A DNA stretch of 64,000 nt from the human T2T-CHM13v2.0 reference genome, Homo sapiens. The notes below the pieces were generated by a model. It made no database searches. It saw nothing but the letters and a program-made list of their open reading frames with translations, and was not told the DNA's origin. Position 1 is the first letter of the stretch. Every line of letters starts with the position of its first letter. Both the position numbers and the translations under genes were made by a program. Shown here one piece after another: positions 14,601 to 27,620 of this stretch. The DNA is taken from the NCBI RefSeq assembly GCF_009914755.1, contig NC_060940.1; one strand, 5' to 3'.

Positions 14601-17600
14601 TGATTCCATTCGATTCCAATTGATGATTACATTTGATTCCATCCAATGATTATTCCATTTGATTCCATTCTATGATGATTCCATTCGATTCATTCGATGA
14701 TGATTCCTTTCGATGATGATTCCATTCGATTCCTTTTGATGATGATTCCATTCAATTCCATTCAATAATGACTCTGTTCAATTCCATTAGATGATGATTT
14801 CATTAGATTCCATTCGATGATGATTCCATTTGATTCCATTCAATGATGATGCCATTTGATTCCATTCGATGATTCCATTTGATAGTGATTCCATTCGATT
14901 CCATTCAATGATTCCATTCGATTCTATTCCATTCCATTCAGTGATTCCACTCGATTCCATTCGATGATTCCATTTGATTCCATTCTATAATGATTCCATT
15001 ATATTCCATTCAATGATTCCATTCAAGTCCATTCGATGTTTTTTCCGTTCGTGTCCATTCGATTATGATTCTGTTAACGTCAATTCAATGATGATTCCGT
15101 TCGATTCCATTCTATCATTCCATTCGATCCCACTTGATGATTTCGTCCGATTCCATTCAATGATTCTGTTCAATGCCATTCGATGAAGATTCCATTTGAT
15201 CCCATTCAATGATTCCATTTGATTCAATTTGATGATGATTCCGTTCAATTCCATTCGATGATTCCATTCGATTCCATTTGATGATGATCCCTATCGATTC
15301 CATTCAGTGATTGCATTCGCTTCAATTCGATGATGATTCCATTTGATACCATTTGATGATTCCATTTGATTCCATTCGATGATTCCATTCAATTCCATTT
15401 GAACATTCCAGTCGATTCCATTTGATGATGATTCCATTCGATTCCATTCAATGATGATTCCATTCGATTCCATTAGATGATGATTCCATTGAAGTCCATT
15501 TGATGATAATTCCATTCGAGTCCATTCAATGATGATTCAATTTTATTCCATTCGATGATGATTCCATTCGATTCCATTCAATGATATTTCCATTCGATTC
15601 CATTCAATGATGATTCCATTCGATGATGATTCTATTTGATTTCATTCGATGTTGTTTACCATCAATTTCATTCGATGATGATTCCATTCGATTCCATTCG
15701 ATGATGATTCCATTTGATTCCTTTTGATGATGATTCTATTCAGTTCCATTTGATGATGATTCCATTTGCTTACTTTTGATGATGATTCCATTCAAATCAA
15801 TTCAATGATGATTCCATTCCATTATCTTTGATGATGATACCATTCGTGTCCATTTGATGATGATTCCATTCGTGTACATTCGATGATGATTCCATTTGAT
15901 TACGTTCAGTGATTCCATTTGATTCCATTCGATGATTGCATTTGATTCCATTTGATGATGATTCCATTTGAAGATTCCATTCGATTCCATTCCATGATGA
16001 TTCCATTCAATTCCTTTTGATTATTCCATTTGATTCCATTCGATGATGATTCCATTTGATTCCATTCGATGATTATTCCATTCAATTTCATTTGATGATT
16101 CCATTCGATTCCATTCGATGATGATTCCATTCGATTCCATTTGTTGATAATTCCATTAGATTCGCTTCAATGATGATTCTGTTTGATTGCATTCAATGAT
16201 GCATTGATGATGATTCCATTTGATTCCATTCAATGATGATTCCATTCGAGTACATTCTATCATGTTTCCATTTGAGTCTATTTCATTATTATTCCATTTG
16301 ATTCCATTCAATGATGATTCCATTCAATTCCATTCGACGATTCCTTTCAATTCCATTTGATTCCTTTCGATCATTCAATTCGATTTCATTTGATGTTTCC
16401 ATTCGATTCCATTTGATGATTCCGTTCGACTCCATTTGATGATGATTCCATTGAATTCCATTCGATGATTCTAATTGATTCCATTCAATGATGATTCCAT
16501 TTGATTCCATTCAATTACATTCAATGATTCCATTCAATTCCCATTGATGATTACATTTGATTCCATTCAATGATTATTCCATTTGATTCCATTCCATGAT
16601 GATTCCATTTGATTCCATTTGATGATGATTCCTTTTGATGATGATTCCATTTGATTCCTTTCTATGATGATTCCATTTGATTCCATTCAATAATGACTCC
16701 GTTCGACTCCATTCGATGATGATTTCGTTCAATTCCATTCCATGATGATTCCATTCGATTCCATTCGATGATGATGACATTTGATTCCATTTGAAGATCC
16801 CATTCAATTGCATTTGATAGTGATTCCATACGATTCCATTTGATGATTCCTTTTGATTCCATTCCATTTGATTCCATTCCATTCGATGATTCCACTCGAT
16901 TCCATTCGATGATATTCAACTCCATTCTATAATGATTCCATTTTATTCCATTCAGTGATTCCATTCGAATCCATTCAATGATGCTGTTCAATTCCATTCG
17001 TGGATGATTCTGTTCGATTCCATTCGATGAGGATTCCGTTCGATTCCATTGGATGATGATTCCGTTTGATTCCATTTGATGATGATGCAGTTCGAGTCCA
17101 TTCGATAATGATTCCCTTTGAGTCCATTCGATGTTGTTTCCATTCGTGTCCATTCAATTATGATTCCGTTCAAGTCAATTCAATGATGATTCCGTTTGAT
17201 TCCATTCTATGATTCTGATCGATCCCACTCGATGATGATTTCGTTCAATTCGATTTAATGATTCCGTTCAATTCCATTCGATGAAGAGTCTGATCGATCC
17301 CATTCAATGATTCCATTTGATTCAATTAGATGATGATTCCATTTGATTACATTAAATAATTCCAGTCAATTCCATTTGATGATGATTCCATTTGATTCCA
17401 CTTGATGATTCCGTTTGATTCCATTTGATGATGATCCTTATTGATTCCATTCGATGATTGCATTGGCTTCCATTCAATGATGATTTCATTCTTTACCATT
17501 CGATGATTCCATTCAATTCCATTCGATGACTCCATTCAATTCCATTCGAACATTCCAGTCGATTCCATTCAATGATGATTCCATTCGATTAAATTCGATG

Positions 17601-20600
17601 ATGATTCCATTCGAGTCCATTCGATGATAATTCCATTCGAGTCCATTTGATGAGGATTCCATTTGATTCCATTAGATTATGATTCAATTCAATTCCATTT
17701 GATGATGATTCCATTCGATTCCATTCAATGATGTTTCCATTCAATTCCATTCGATGATGTTTACCGTTGATTTCATTCAATGATGATTCCATTTGATTCC
17801 TTTTGATGATTCCATTCGATTCCATTTGATTCCATTCTATGATTCCATTGGATGCCAGTCGATGATGATTCCATTCGATACCATTCGAAGTTTCCATTCA
17901 AATCCATTTGATGATGATTCCATTTGAGTCCATTCGATGATGATTCCATTCGTGTACATTGGATGATGATTCCGTTTGGGTCCATTAGATGATTATTCCA
18001 TTCGATGCCATTCGATGATGATTCTATTTTATTCCATTCGATGATGATTCCATTCACTTCCTTTCGATGATGATTCCATTCAATTCCATTCAGTGATGAT
18101 TCTATTCAATTCCACTCGATGATGCTTCCATTCTATTCCATTTGATGATGATTCCATTCGATTCCAATTGATGATGATTCCATTCGAGTACATTCGATGA
18201 TGTTTCCATTCGATTCCATTCGATGATTCCATTCAATTCCATTTGATGATGATTCCATTCGATTCCATGTAGTGATGATTCCATTTGATTCCATTCAATG
18301 ATGATTCCATTCGATTCCATGTAGTGATGATTCCATTCGATTCCATTCGATGATGATTCCATTTGATTCCATTCACTGATGATTCCATCTAATTCCATTC
18401 AATGATTCCATTCGATTCCATTCGATGATGATTCCATTCGATTCCATTTGATGATTCCATTTGATTCCATTCAATGATTCCATTTGATTCCATTCAATGA
18501 TGATTTCATTCGATTCCATTCCATAATGATTCCTTTCTATCTGTTTCAATGATGATTCCATTGGATGATGATTCCTTTCGAGTCCGTTCGATGATTATTC
18601 CATTCGATTCCATTCGTTGATGATTCCATTCGATTCCATTTGATGATGATTCTATTCAATTCCATTTGATGGTGATGCCATTTGATTCCATTCGATGATT
18701 CCATTCGATTCCATTTGATGATGATTCCCTTCGATTCCTTTCGATGATTCCATTTGCTTCCATTTAATTCCATTCGATGATTCAATTGGATGTCATTCGA
18801 TGATTCCATAAGATTCCCTTTGATGATGATTCTATTCCGTCCTTTCAATGATGATACCAATCGATTCCATTCGATGATTATTCCATCCGATTCCATTCGA
18901 TGATCTCATTTGATTCCATATGAAGATTCCATTCGATGATGATTCCATTTGAGTCCATTCAAAGTTGATTCCACTCGATTCCATTCGATGATGATTCCAT
19001 TGGATTCCATATGATGATGATTCCATTTGATTACATTTGATGATGATTCTATTCAATTTCATTCAATGATGATTCCCTTCACTTCCTTTCGATGATGAGT
19101 CCATTCGTGTCCATTTGATGATTATTCCATTCGAATTGACTCGATGATTATTCCATTGGATTATATTTGGTGATGATTCCATTCGTGTCCATTTGATGAT
19201 GATTCCATTAGTGTACATACGATGATGATTCAATTTGTTTCCATTCGATGATTCCATTCGATTCCATTCAATGATTGCATTTGATTCCATTCAAAGATTC
19301 CTTTCGATTCCATTCCATGATTACTCCACTTGATTCCTTTTGATCATTCCATTCGATTCCATTTGATGATGATTCGATTCAATTCCATTCAATGATTATT
19401 CCATTCAATTTCATTTGATGATTCCATTCGATTCCATTCAATGATGATTCCATTCGAGTCCATTCGATGATGATTCCATTCGAGTCCATTTGATGAGGAT
19501 TCCATTTGAGTCCATTCGATGATGATTCCATTCGATTCCATTCGATGATTCTATTCGATTCAATTCGATGATGTTTACAGTCGATTTTATTCGATGATGA
19601 TTCCATTTGATTCCATTCAATGATGATTCCATAAGATTCCATTGAATGATGATTCTATTCTCTCCATTTGATGATGATACCATTCGATTCCATTCGATGA
19701 TTATTCCATTCGATTCCATTTGATGATCCCATTCAATTCCATATGAAGATTCCATTCAATGATGATTCCATTCGAGTCCATTTGATGGTGATTCCACTCG
19801 ATTCCTTTCCATGATGATTCCATTGGATTCCATACGATGATGATTCCATTCGATAACATTGGATGATGATTCTATTTGATTCCATTCGATGATGATTCCA
19901 TTCGCTTCCTTTTGACGATGATTCCATTCTATTCCATTCGATGATGATTCCATTTGAGTCCATTCGATGATGATTCCATTCAAATTTATTTGTTGATGAT
20001 TCCATTTGATTACATTTGATGATGATTCCATTCGTGTCCATTTGATGTTGATTTCATTCATGTACATTCGATGATTATTCCATTTGATTCTATTTGATTA
20101 TTCCCTTCGATGATTCCTTTGGATTTCATTCGATGATAATTACATTTGATTCCATTCGAAGATTCCATTCGATTCCATTCCATGATGATTCCATTCGATT
20201 CCTTTTGATGATTCCATTCGATTCCATTTGATGATGATTACATTCAATTCCATTCGATGATTATTCCATTCAATTTCATTTGATGATTCCATTCGATTCC
20301 ATTTGATGATGATTCCATTCGATTCCTTTTGATGATAATTCCATTAGATTCCATTCGATGATGATTCCATTCAATTCCATTTGACGATGCCTTCTATGAT
20401 GACTCCATTTGAGTCCATTCAATGATGATTCCATTCGAGTACATTCGATGATGATTTGATTCCAGTCTATTAGATTATGATTCCATTTGATTCCATTTGA
20501 TGATGATGCCATTCAATTCCATTCGATGATTCCATTCGATTCCATTCAATGATGATTCCGTTCATATCCATTCAATTACATACGATGTTTCCATTCGATC

Positions 20601-23600
20601 CCAATCAATGATTACATTCGATTCCATTCAATGATTATTCCATTTGATTCCTTTCTATGATGATTCCATTCGATTCCATTTGATGATGATTCCGTTTGAT
20701 GATGATTCCATTCCATTCCTTTTGATGATGATTCCATTTGATTCCATTCGATAATGACTCCATTCCATTCCATTCAATGATGATTTCTTTCAATTCCATT
20801 TGAAGATCATTCCATTCAATTCCATTCGATAGTGATACCATTCAATTTCATTCGATGATTCCTTTAGATTCCATTTAGTTCCATTCAATGATTCCACTCG
20901 ATTCCATTTGATGATTCCATTCGACTCCATTCGATGACTCCATTCCATTCCATTCGATGATTCCATTCGATTCCATTCGATGATGTTTCCAAATGATTCC
21001 ATTCAATGATTCCATTCATTTCCATTTGATGATGATTCCATTCATTTCCATTCGATGATGATTCCATTCGATTTCATTCGATGATTCCATTTGATTCCAT
21101 TTGATGATGATTCCATTCAATTCCTTTCAGTGACTCCATTCGATTCCATTTGATTCCATTCGATGATTCCATTGGGTGCCATTCGATGATTCTATTCGAT
21201 TCCATTCAATGATGATTCCATTCGATTCCATTTGAAGATTCCATTCGAATCTATTCGATGATGATTCCATTTGAGTCCATTCAGTGATGATTCCATTCGG
21301 GTCCATTCGATGATGATTCCATTCGTGTCCATTGGATGATGATTCCGTTCGGGTCCATTCGATGGTGATTCCATTCAATGCCATTCGATGATGATTCTAT
21401 TCGATTCCATTCTATGATAATTCCATTTGCTTCCTTTCAATGATAATCCCATTCAATTCCATTCGATGATGATTCTATTCGATTCCATTCGATGATGTTT
21501 CCATTCGATTCCATTCAATGATGATTCCATTCGATTCCATTCGATGATGATTCCATTTGAGTCCATTTGATGATGATTCCATTCGAGTCCATTCGATGAT
21601 GATTCCATTTGAATACATTCGATGATGATTCCATTCGAGTACATTCGATGGTGATTCCATTCGATGCCATTCGATGATGATTCCATTCTATTCCATTCGA
21701 TGATGATTCCATTCGAGTCCATTTGATGATGATTCCATTCTATTCCATTCGATGATGATTCCATTCGAGTCCATTTGATGATGATTCCATTCGTGTACAT
21801 TCAATGATGATTCCATTCGAGTACATTCGATGGTGATTCCATTCGATGCCATTCGATGATGATTCTATTTGATTCCATTTGATGATGTTTCCATTCGATT
21901 CCATTTGATGATGATTCCATTCGATTCCATTTGATGATGATTCCATTCGAGTCCATTTGATGATGATTCCATTCGAGTCCATTTGATGATGATTCCATTT
22001 GAGTCCATTTGATGATGATTCCATTCGAGTCCTTTTGATGATGATTCCATTCGAGTACATTCGATGATGATTCCATTCGAGTACATTCGATGATGATTCC
22101 ATTCGAGTACATTCGATGGTGATTCCATTCGATGCCATTCGATGATGATTCCATTCTATTCCATTCGATGATGATTCCATTCAAGTCCATTTGATGATGA
22201 TTCTATTCGAGTACATTCGATGATGATTCCATTCGAGTACATTCGATGGTGATTCCATTTGATGCCATTCGATGATGATTCTATTCGATTCCATTCAATG
22301 ATAATTCCATTTGCTTCCTTTAAGTGATGATTCCATTCGATTCCATTCAATGATGATTCTATTTGATTCCATTCGATGATGTTTCCATTCGATTCCTTTC
22401 AATGATGATTCCGTTCGAGTCCATTTGATGATGATTCCATTCGAGTACATTTGATGATGATTCCATTCGAGTACATTTGACGATGATTTCATTTGATTCC
22501 ATTCGATGATTCCATTCGATTCCACTTCATGATTGCATTCGATTCAATTTGATGATGATTCCATTTGATTGCATTTGATGATTCCATTCGATTCTATTCG
22601 ATGATGATTTCGTTCAATTCCATTTGACGATTCCACTCAATTCCATTTGATGATGATTCCATTCGTTTCCATTCGGTGATGATTCCATTCGATTCCATTC
22701 AATGATGATTCCATCTAATTCCATTTGATGATTCCATTCGATTCCATTCAATGATGATTCCATTCGATTCCATTCGATTCCATTTGATGTTTCCATTCGA
22801 TTCCATTGGATGACTCCATTTGATTCCATTCAATGATGATTTCATTTGATTCCATTCGATAATGATTCCTTTCGAGTCCATTAGATGATTATTCCATTTG
22901 ATTCCATTCGTTGATGATTCCATTCTATTCCATTTGATGATGATTCCATTCGATTCCATTCGATGATGATGTCATTCAATTACATTCGATGATTCCATTC
23001 AATTCCAATTGATGATGATTCCATTCGATGATGATTCCATTCGATTCCATTCGATGATGATGCCATTCAATTCCATTCGATGATTCCATTCAATTCCATT
23101 TGATGATGATTCCATTCGATTCCTTTCGATGATTCCATTTGCTTCCATTTAGTTCCATTTGAAGATTACATTGGATGCCATTTGATGATTCCATAAGATT
23201 CCATTCGATGATGATTCTATTCGCTCCTTTCATTGATGATACCATTCGATTCCATTCGATGATTATTCCATTCGATTCCATTTGATGATCCCATTCGATT
23301 CCATATGAAGATTCCATTCGATGATGATGCCATTTGAGTCCATTCGATGTTGATTCCACTTGATTCCATTCGATGATGATTCCATTGGATTCCATACAAT
23401 GATGATTCCATTCGTTTACATTGGATGATGATTCCTTTTGAGTCCATTCAATGATGATTCCATTCGAATTGATTCAATGATGATTCCATTCTATTACATT
23501 TAATGATGATTCCATTCGTGTCCATTCGGTGATGATTCCATTCATGTACATTCGATGATGATTCCATTCGATTCCTTTCGTTGATGATTCCGTTCGATTC

Positions 23601-23880
23601 TATTCAATGATGATTCCGTACAATTCCATTTGATGATGATGCCATTTGATTCCATTCGATGATGATGCCATTCAATTCCATTCGATGATGATGCCTTTCG
23701 ATTCCATTCAATGATGATACCATTCGATTCCGTTCATTGATGATGCCATTCGAGTCCATTCAGTGATGATTCCATTTGAGTCCATTGGATGATGATTCCT
23801 TTCGAGTACATTCAATGATGATTCCATTCGAGTACATTCGATGGTGATTCCATTTGAGTCCATTCAATGATGATTCCATT
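11668..23880 (+). repeat. Diverged HSat2/HSATII array, CATTC orientation (inverted relative to 1-11667)
   Basis: attccattcgattccattcgatgatg units; orientation switch at ...ggaatcaacat|ccatttgatgatgattcc. Confidence 0.92.
12845..14075 (+). repeat. Two tandem (CATTC/CACTC)n + Alu-tail modules embedded in HSat2
   Basis: Pentamer blocks ~12845-13260 and ~13715-13995, each followed by a reverse-strand Alu 3' fragment (~13263-13324, ~13998-14059). Confidence 0.8.
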
Positions 23881-26800
23881 TGAGTCCATTGCATTCCATT
23901 TGAGTCCATTCCATTCGAGCCCATCCCATTCCATTCCAATCCTCTCCAGTCCGCTCCATTCCACTACACTCCAATGAATTCTATTCCATTCCATTCCATT
24001 CCTCTCCACTCCACTCCACTCCTCTCCACTCCACTCCACTGCATTCTATTCCATTCCATTCCATTGCAATTTCATTGCACTCCATTCCATTCCACTCCAC
24101 TTCACCCCACTCCTCTGCACTCCACTCCATTCCACTCCATTCCACTCCATCCCACTCCATTCCATTCCATTCCATTCCACTCCACTCAATTCCACTTCAC
24201 TCCACTCCATTCCAGTCCACTCTATTCCATTCCATTCCTCTGCATTCCATTCCATTCCTTTCTTTTGAGAGTATGTCACCCAGTCACCCAGCCTGGAACG
24301 CAGTGACACAATCTCAGCTCCTATTCCATTCCATTCCATTTGATTCCATTTGATTCGATTCCATTTGATTCCAATCCATTCCTTTCGATTCAATTTGATT
24401 CCATTCCATTCCATTCCACTCCCTTCAACTCCACTCCACTCCTCTCCACTCCATTCCATTCCATTCCATTCCATTCCATTCCATTTCACTCCATTGCATT
24501 CCATTCCTTTCTTTTGAAAGGATATCACTGTGTCACCCAGGCTGGAGTGCAGTGGCACAATCTCAGCTCAGATTACATGTCAACTTTCCATTGCACTGCA
24601 TTCTATTCCATTGCACTCCATTGCATTCCATTCCATTCCATTCCATTCCATTCCATTCCATTCCATTCCACTGCGTTCCACTCCACTCCACTCCACTACA
24701 TTCCATTACATCCGATTCCATTCCACTGCATTCCACTCCTCTCCTCTCCAGTGCACTCCACTCCTTTCCATTCCATCCCATTCCATTCCGCTCCATTCAA
24801 CTGCACTCTACTCCACCCCACTCCACTTCATTCCATTCCATTCCATCCCATTCCATTCCTCTCCATTCCACTCCACTCCACTTCACTCCACTCCACTCCA
24901 CTCCAGTCCATTCCATTCCATTCCATTCCATTCCATTCCATTCCACTGCATTCCATTCCATTCCATTCTTTCGAGAGTATCTCACTCTGTCACCCAGCAT
25001 GGAGTGCAGTGGCACAACCTGAAAGCCTATTCCATTCCATTCCATTCCATTCCATTCCATTCTATGCCATTCCATTCCATTCCATTCCATTCTATGCCAT
25101 TCCATTCCATTCCATTCCATTCCATTCCATTCTATTCCATGCCATGCCATTCCATTCCATTCCATTCCATTCCATTCCATTCCATTCCATGCCATTCCAT
25201 TCCATTCCATTCCATGCCATGCCATTCCATTCCATTCCATTCCATGCCATTCCATTCCATTCCATTCCATGCCATGCCATTGCATTCCACTCCTTTCTTT
25301 TGACAGGATCTCCCTCTGTCACACAGGCTGTAGTGCAGTGGCACAATCTTAGCACACATTTCTCCATTACGTTCTGTTCCGTTCCACTCCACTCTACTAC
25401 ATTGCATTACATCCGATTCCATTCCACTCCATTCCACTCCTCTCCACTCCATTGCAGTCCACTCCACTCCATTTCACTCCATCCCATTCCATTCTGCTCC
25501 ATTCCACTGCACTCCACTCCACGCCACTCCACTTTATTTCATTTCATTCCATCCCATTCCATTCCTCTCCATTCCACTCCACTCCACTTCACTCCACTCC
25601 ACTCCAGTCCACTCCATTCCATTCTATACCATTCCATTCCACTGCATTCCATTCCATTCCTTTCTTTCAAGAGTATCTCACTGTCATCCAGCCTGGAGCG
25701 CAGTGGCACAATCTCAGCTCACATTTCATTTCACCATTCCATTCCATTCCATTCCATTCCATTCCATTCCACTCCACTCCACTCCACTCCACCCCACTCT
25801 AAACCATTCCACTCCACTCCACTCCATTCCACTCCACTCCACTCCTTTCCATTCCATCCCATTCCAGTCATTTCCACTCCACTTCACTCCACTCCATTCA
25901 ATTCCATTCCACTCTATTCTATTCCATTCCTTTCTTTTGACAGGATCTCACTCTGTCACCCAGGCTGGTGTGCAATGGCACAATCTCAGCTCACATTTCA
26001 TTTCACCATTCCATTCCATTCCATTCCATTCCATTCCACTGCACTCCACTCCACTCAATTCCACTGCACTCCATTCCACTCCATGCCAGTCCAGCTCCAC
26101 TCCTTTCTGTCCCATCCCATTCCATTCCACTCCTTTCCACTCCACTCCACTCCAGTCCACTACATTCTATTCCATTCCATTCCCCTGCATTCCATTCCAT
26201 TCATTTCTTTTGAGAGTATCTCACTCTGTCACCCAGCATGGAGCACAGTGGCACAACCTGAGCACGCTTATTCCATTCCATTCCATTCCATCCCATTCCA
26301 TTCCATGCTTGCCATGCCATGCCATGCCATTCCATTCCATTCCAATCCTTTCTTTCGATAGGATCTCCCTCTTTCACACAGGCTGTAGTGCAGTGGCACA
26401 ATCTCAGCACACATTCCTCCATTACGTTCCGTTCCATTCTGTTCCTTTCCATTCCATTCCGTTCCACTCCAATCCACTCCACTCCACTACATTCCATTAC
26501 ATCTGATTCCATTCCACTCCTCTCCACTCCACTGCAGTCCACTCCACTCCATTTCACTCCATCCCATTCCATTCTGCTCCATTCCACTGCACTCCACTTC
26601 ATTTCACTCCATCCCATTCCACTCCGCTCCATTCCACTGCACTCCACTTCATTTCATTCCATTCCATTCCATTCCATTCTTCTCCATTCCACTCCACTCC
26701 ACTTCACTCTACTCCATACAACTCCAGTCCACTCCATTCCATTCCATACCATTCCATTCTGCTGCATTCCATTCCATTCCTTTCTTTCAAGAGTGTCTCA

Positions 26801-27620
26801 CTCTGTCACCCAGCCTGGAGCACAGTGGCACAATCTCAGCTCACATTTCATTTCACCATTCCATTCCATTCCATTCCATTCCACTCCACTCCACTCCATT
26901 CGAGTCCACTCAACTCCTTTCCATTCCATCCCATTCCATTTCACTCATTTCCACTCCACTCCACTCCATTCCATTCCATTCCATTCCTTTCTTTTGACAG
27001 GATCTCACTCTGTCACCCAGGCTGGTGTGCAGTGGCACAATCTCAGCTCACATTTCATTTTACCATTCCATTCCATTCCATTCCATTCCATTCCACTGTG
27101 CTCTACTCCACTCCACTCAATTCCACTGCGCTCCACTCCACTCCATTCCAGTCCACTCCACTCCTTTCAGTTCCATCCCATTCCATTCCACTCCTTTCCA
27201 CTCCACTCTACTCCCTCCATTCCACTCCATTCCATTCCATTCCACTGCATTCCATTCTCTTCCTTCCTTTTGACAGGATCTGACACTGTAACACAGGCTG
27301 TAGTGCAGTGGCACAATCTCAGCTCCCATTTCATTTCACCATTCAATTACATTCTATTCTGTACCATTATGTTTGATTCCATTCCATTCCTTTCCATTAT
27401 TTTCCATTCTATTCCACTCCAATTCACTCCACTCCACTCCATTCCATTCCATTCCATTCTACTCCACTTCACTCCACTCCCCTCTTCTCCATTCCATTCC
27501 ATCCCAATCCATTCCACTCCTTTCCACTCCACTCCATCCCATTCCACTCCACTCCATGCCACTCCGCTCCACTCCACTCCACTCCATTCCATTCCATTCC
27601 ATTCCATTCCACTCCAATCC
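23881..27620 (+). repeat. Composite (CATTC/CACTC)n HSat3-like satellite punctuated by 11 Alu 3'-end fragments
   Basis: ctcactctgtcacccaggctggagtgcagtggcacaatctcagctc-like segments starting ~24259, 24508, 24966, 25294, 25661, 25931, 26204, 26349, 26781, 26988, 27264. Confidence 0.88.

Noticed and set aside
23881-27620. CRISPR-like appearance (conserved ~60-bp repeats separated by variable spacers)
   Set aside because: The repeats are Alu tails, the spacers are 90-400-bp simple satellite, there are no cas genes, and the DNA is primate
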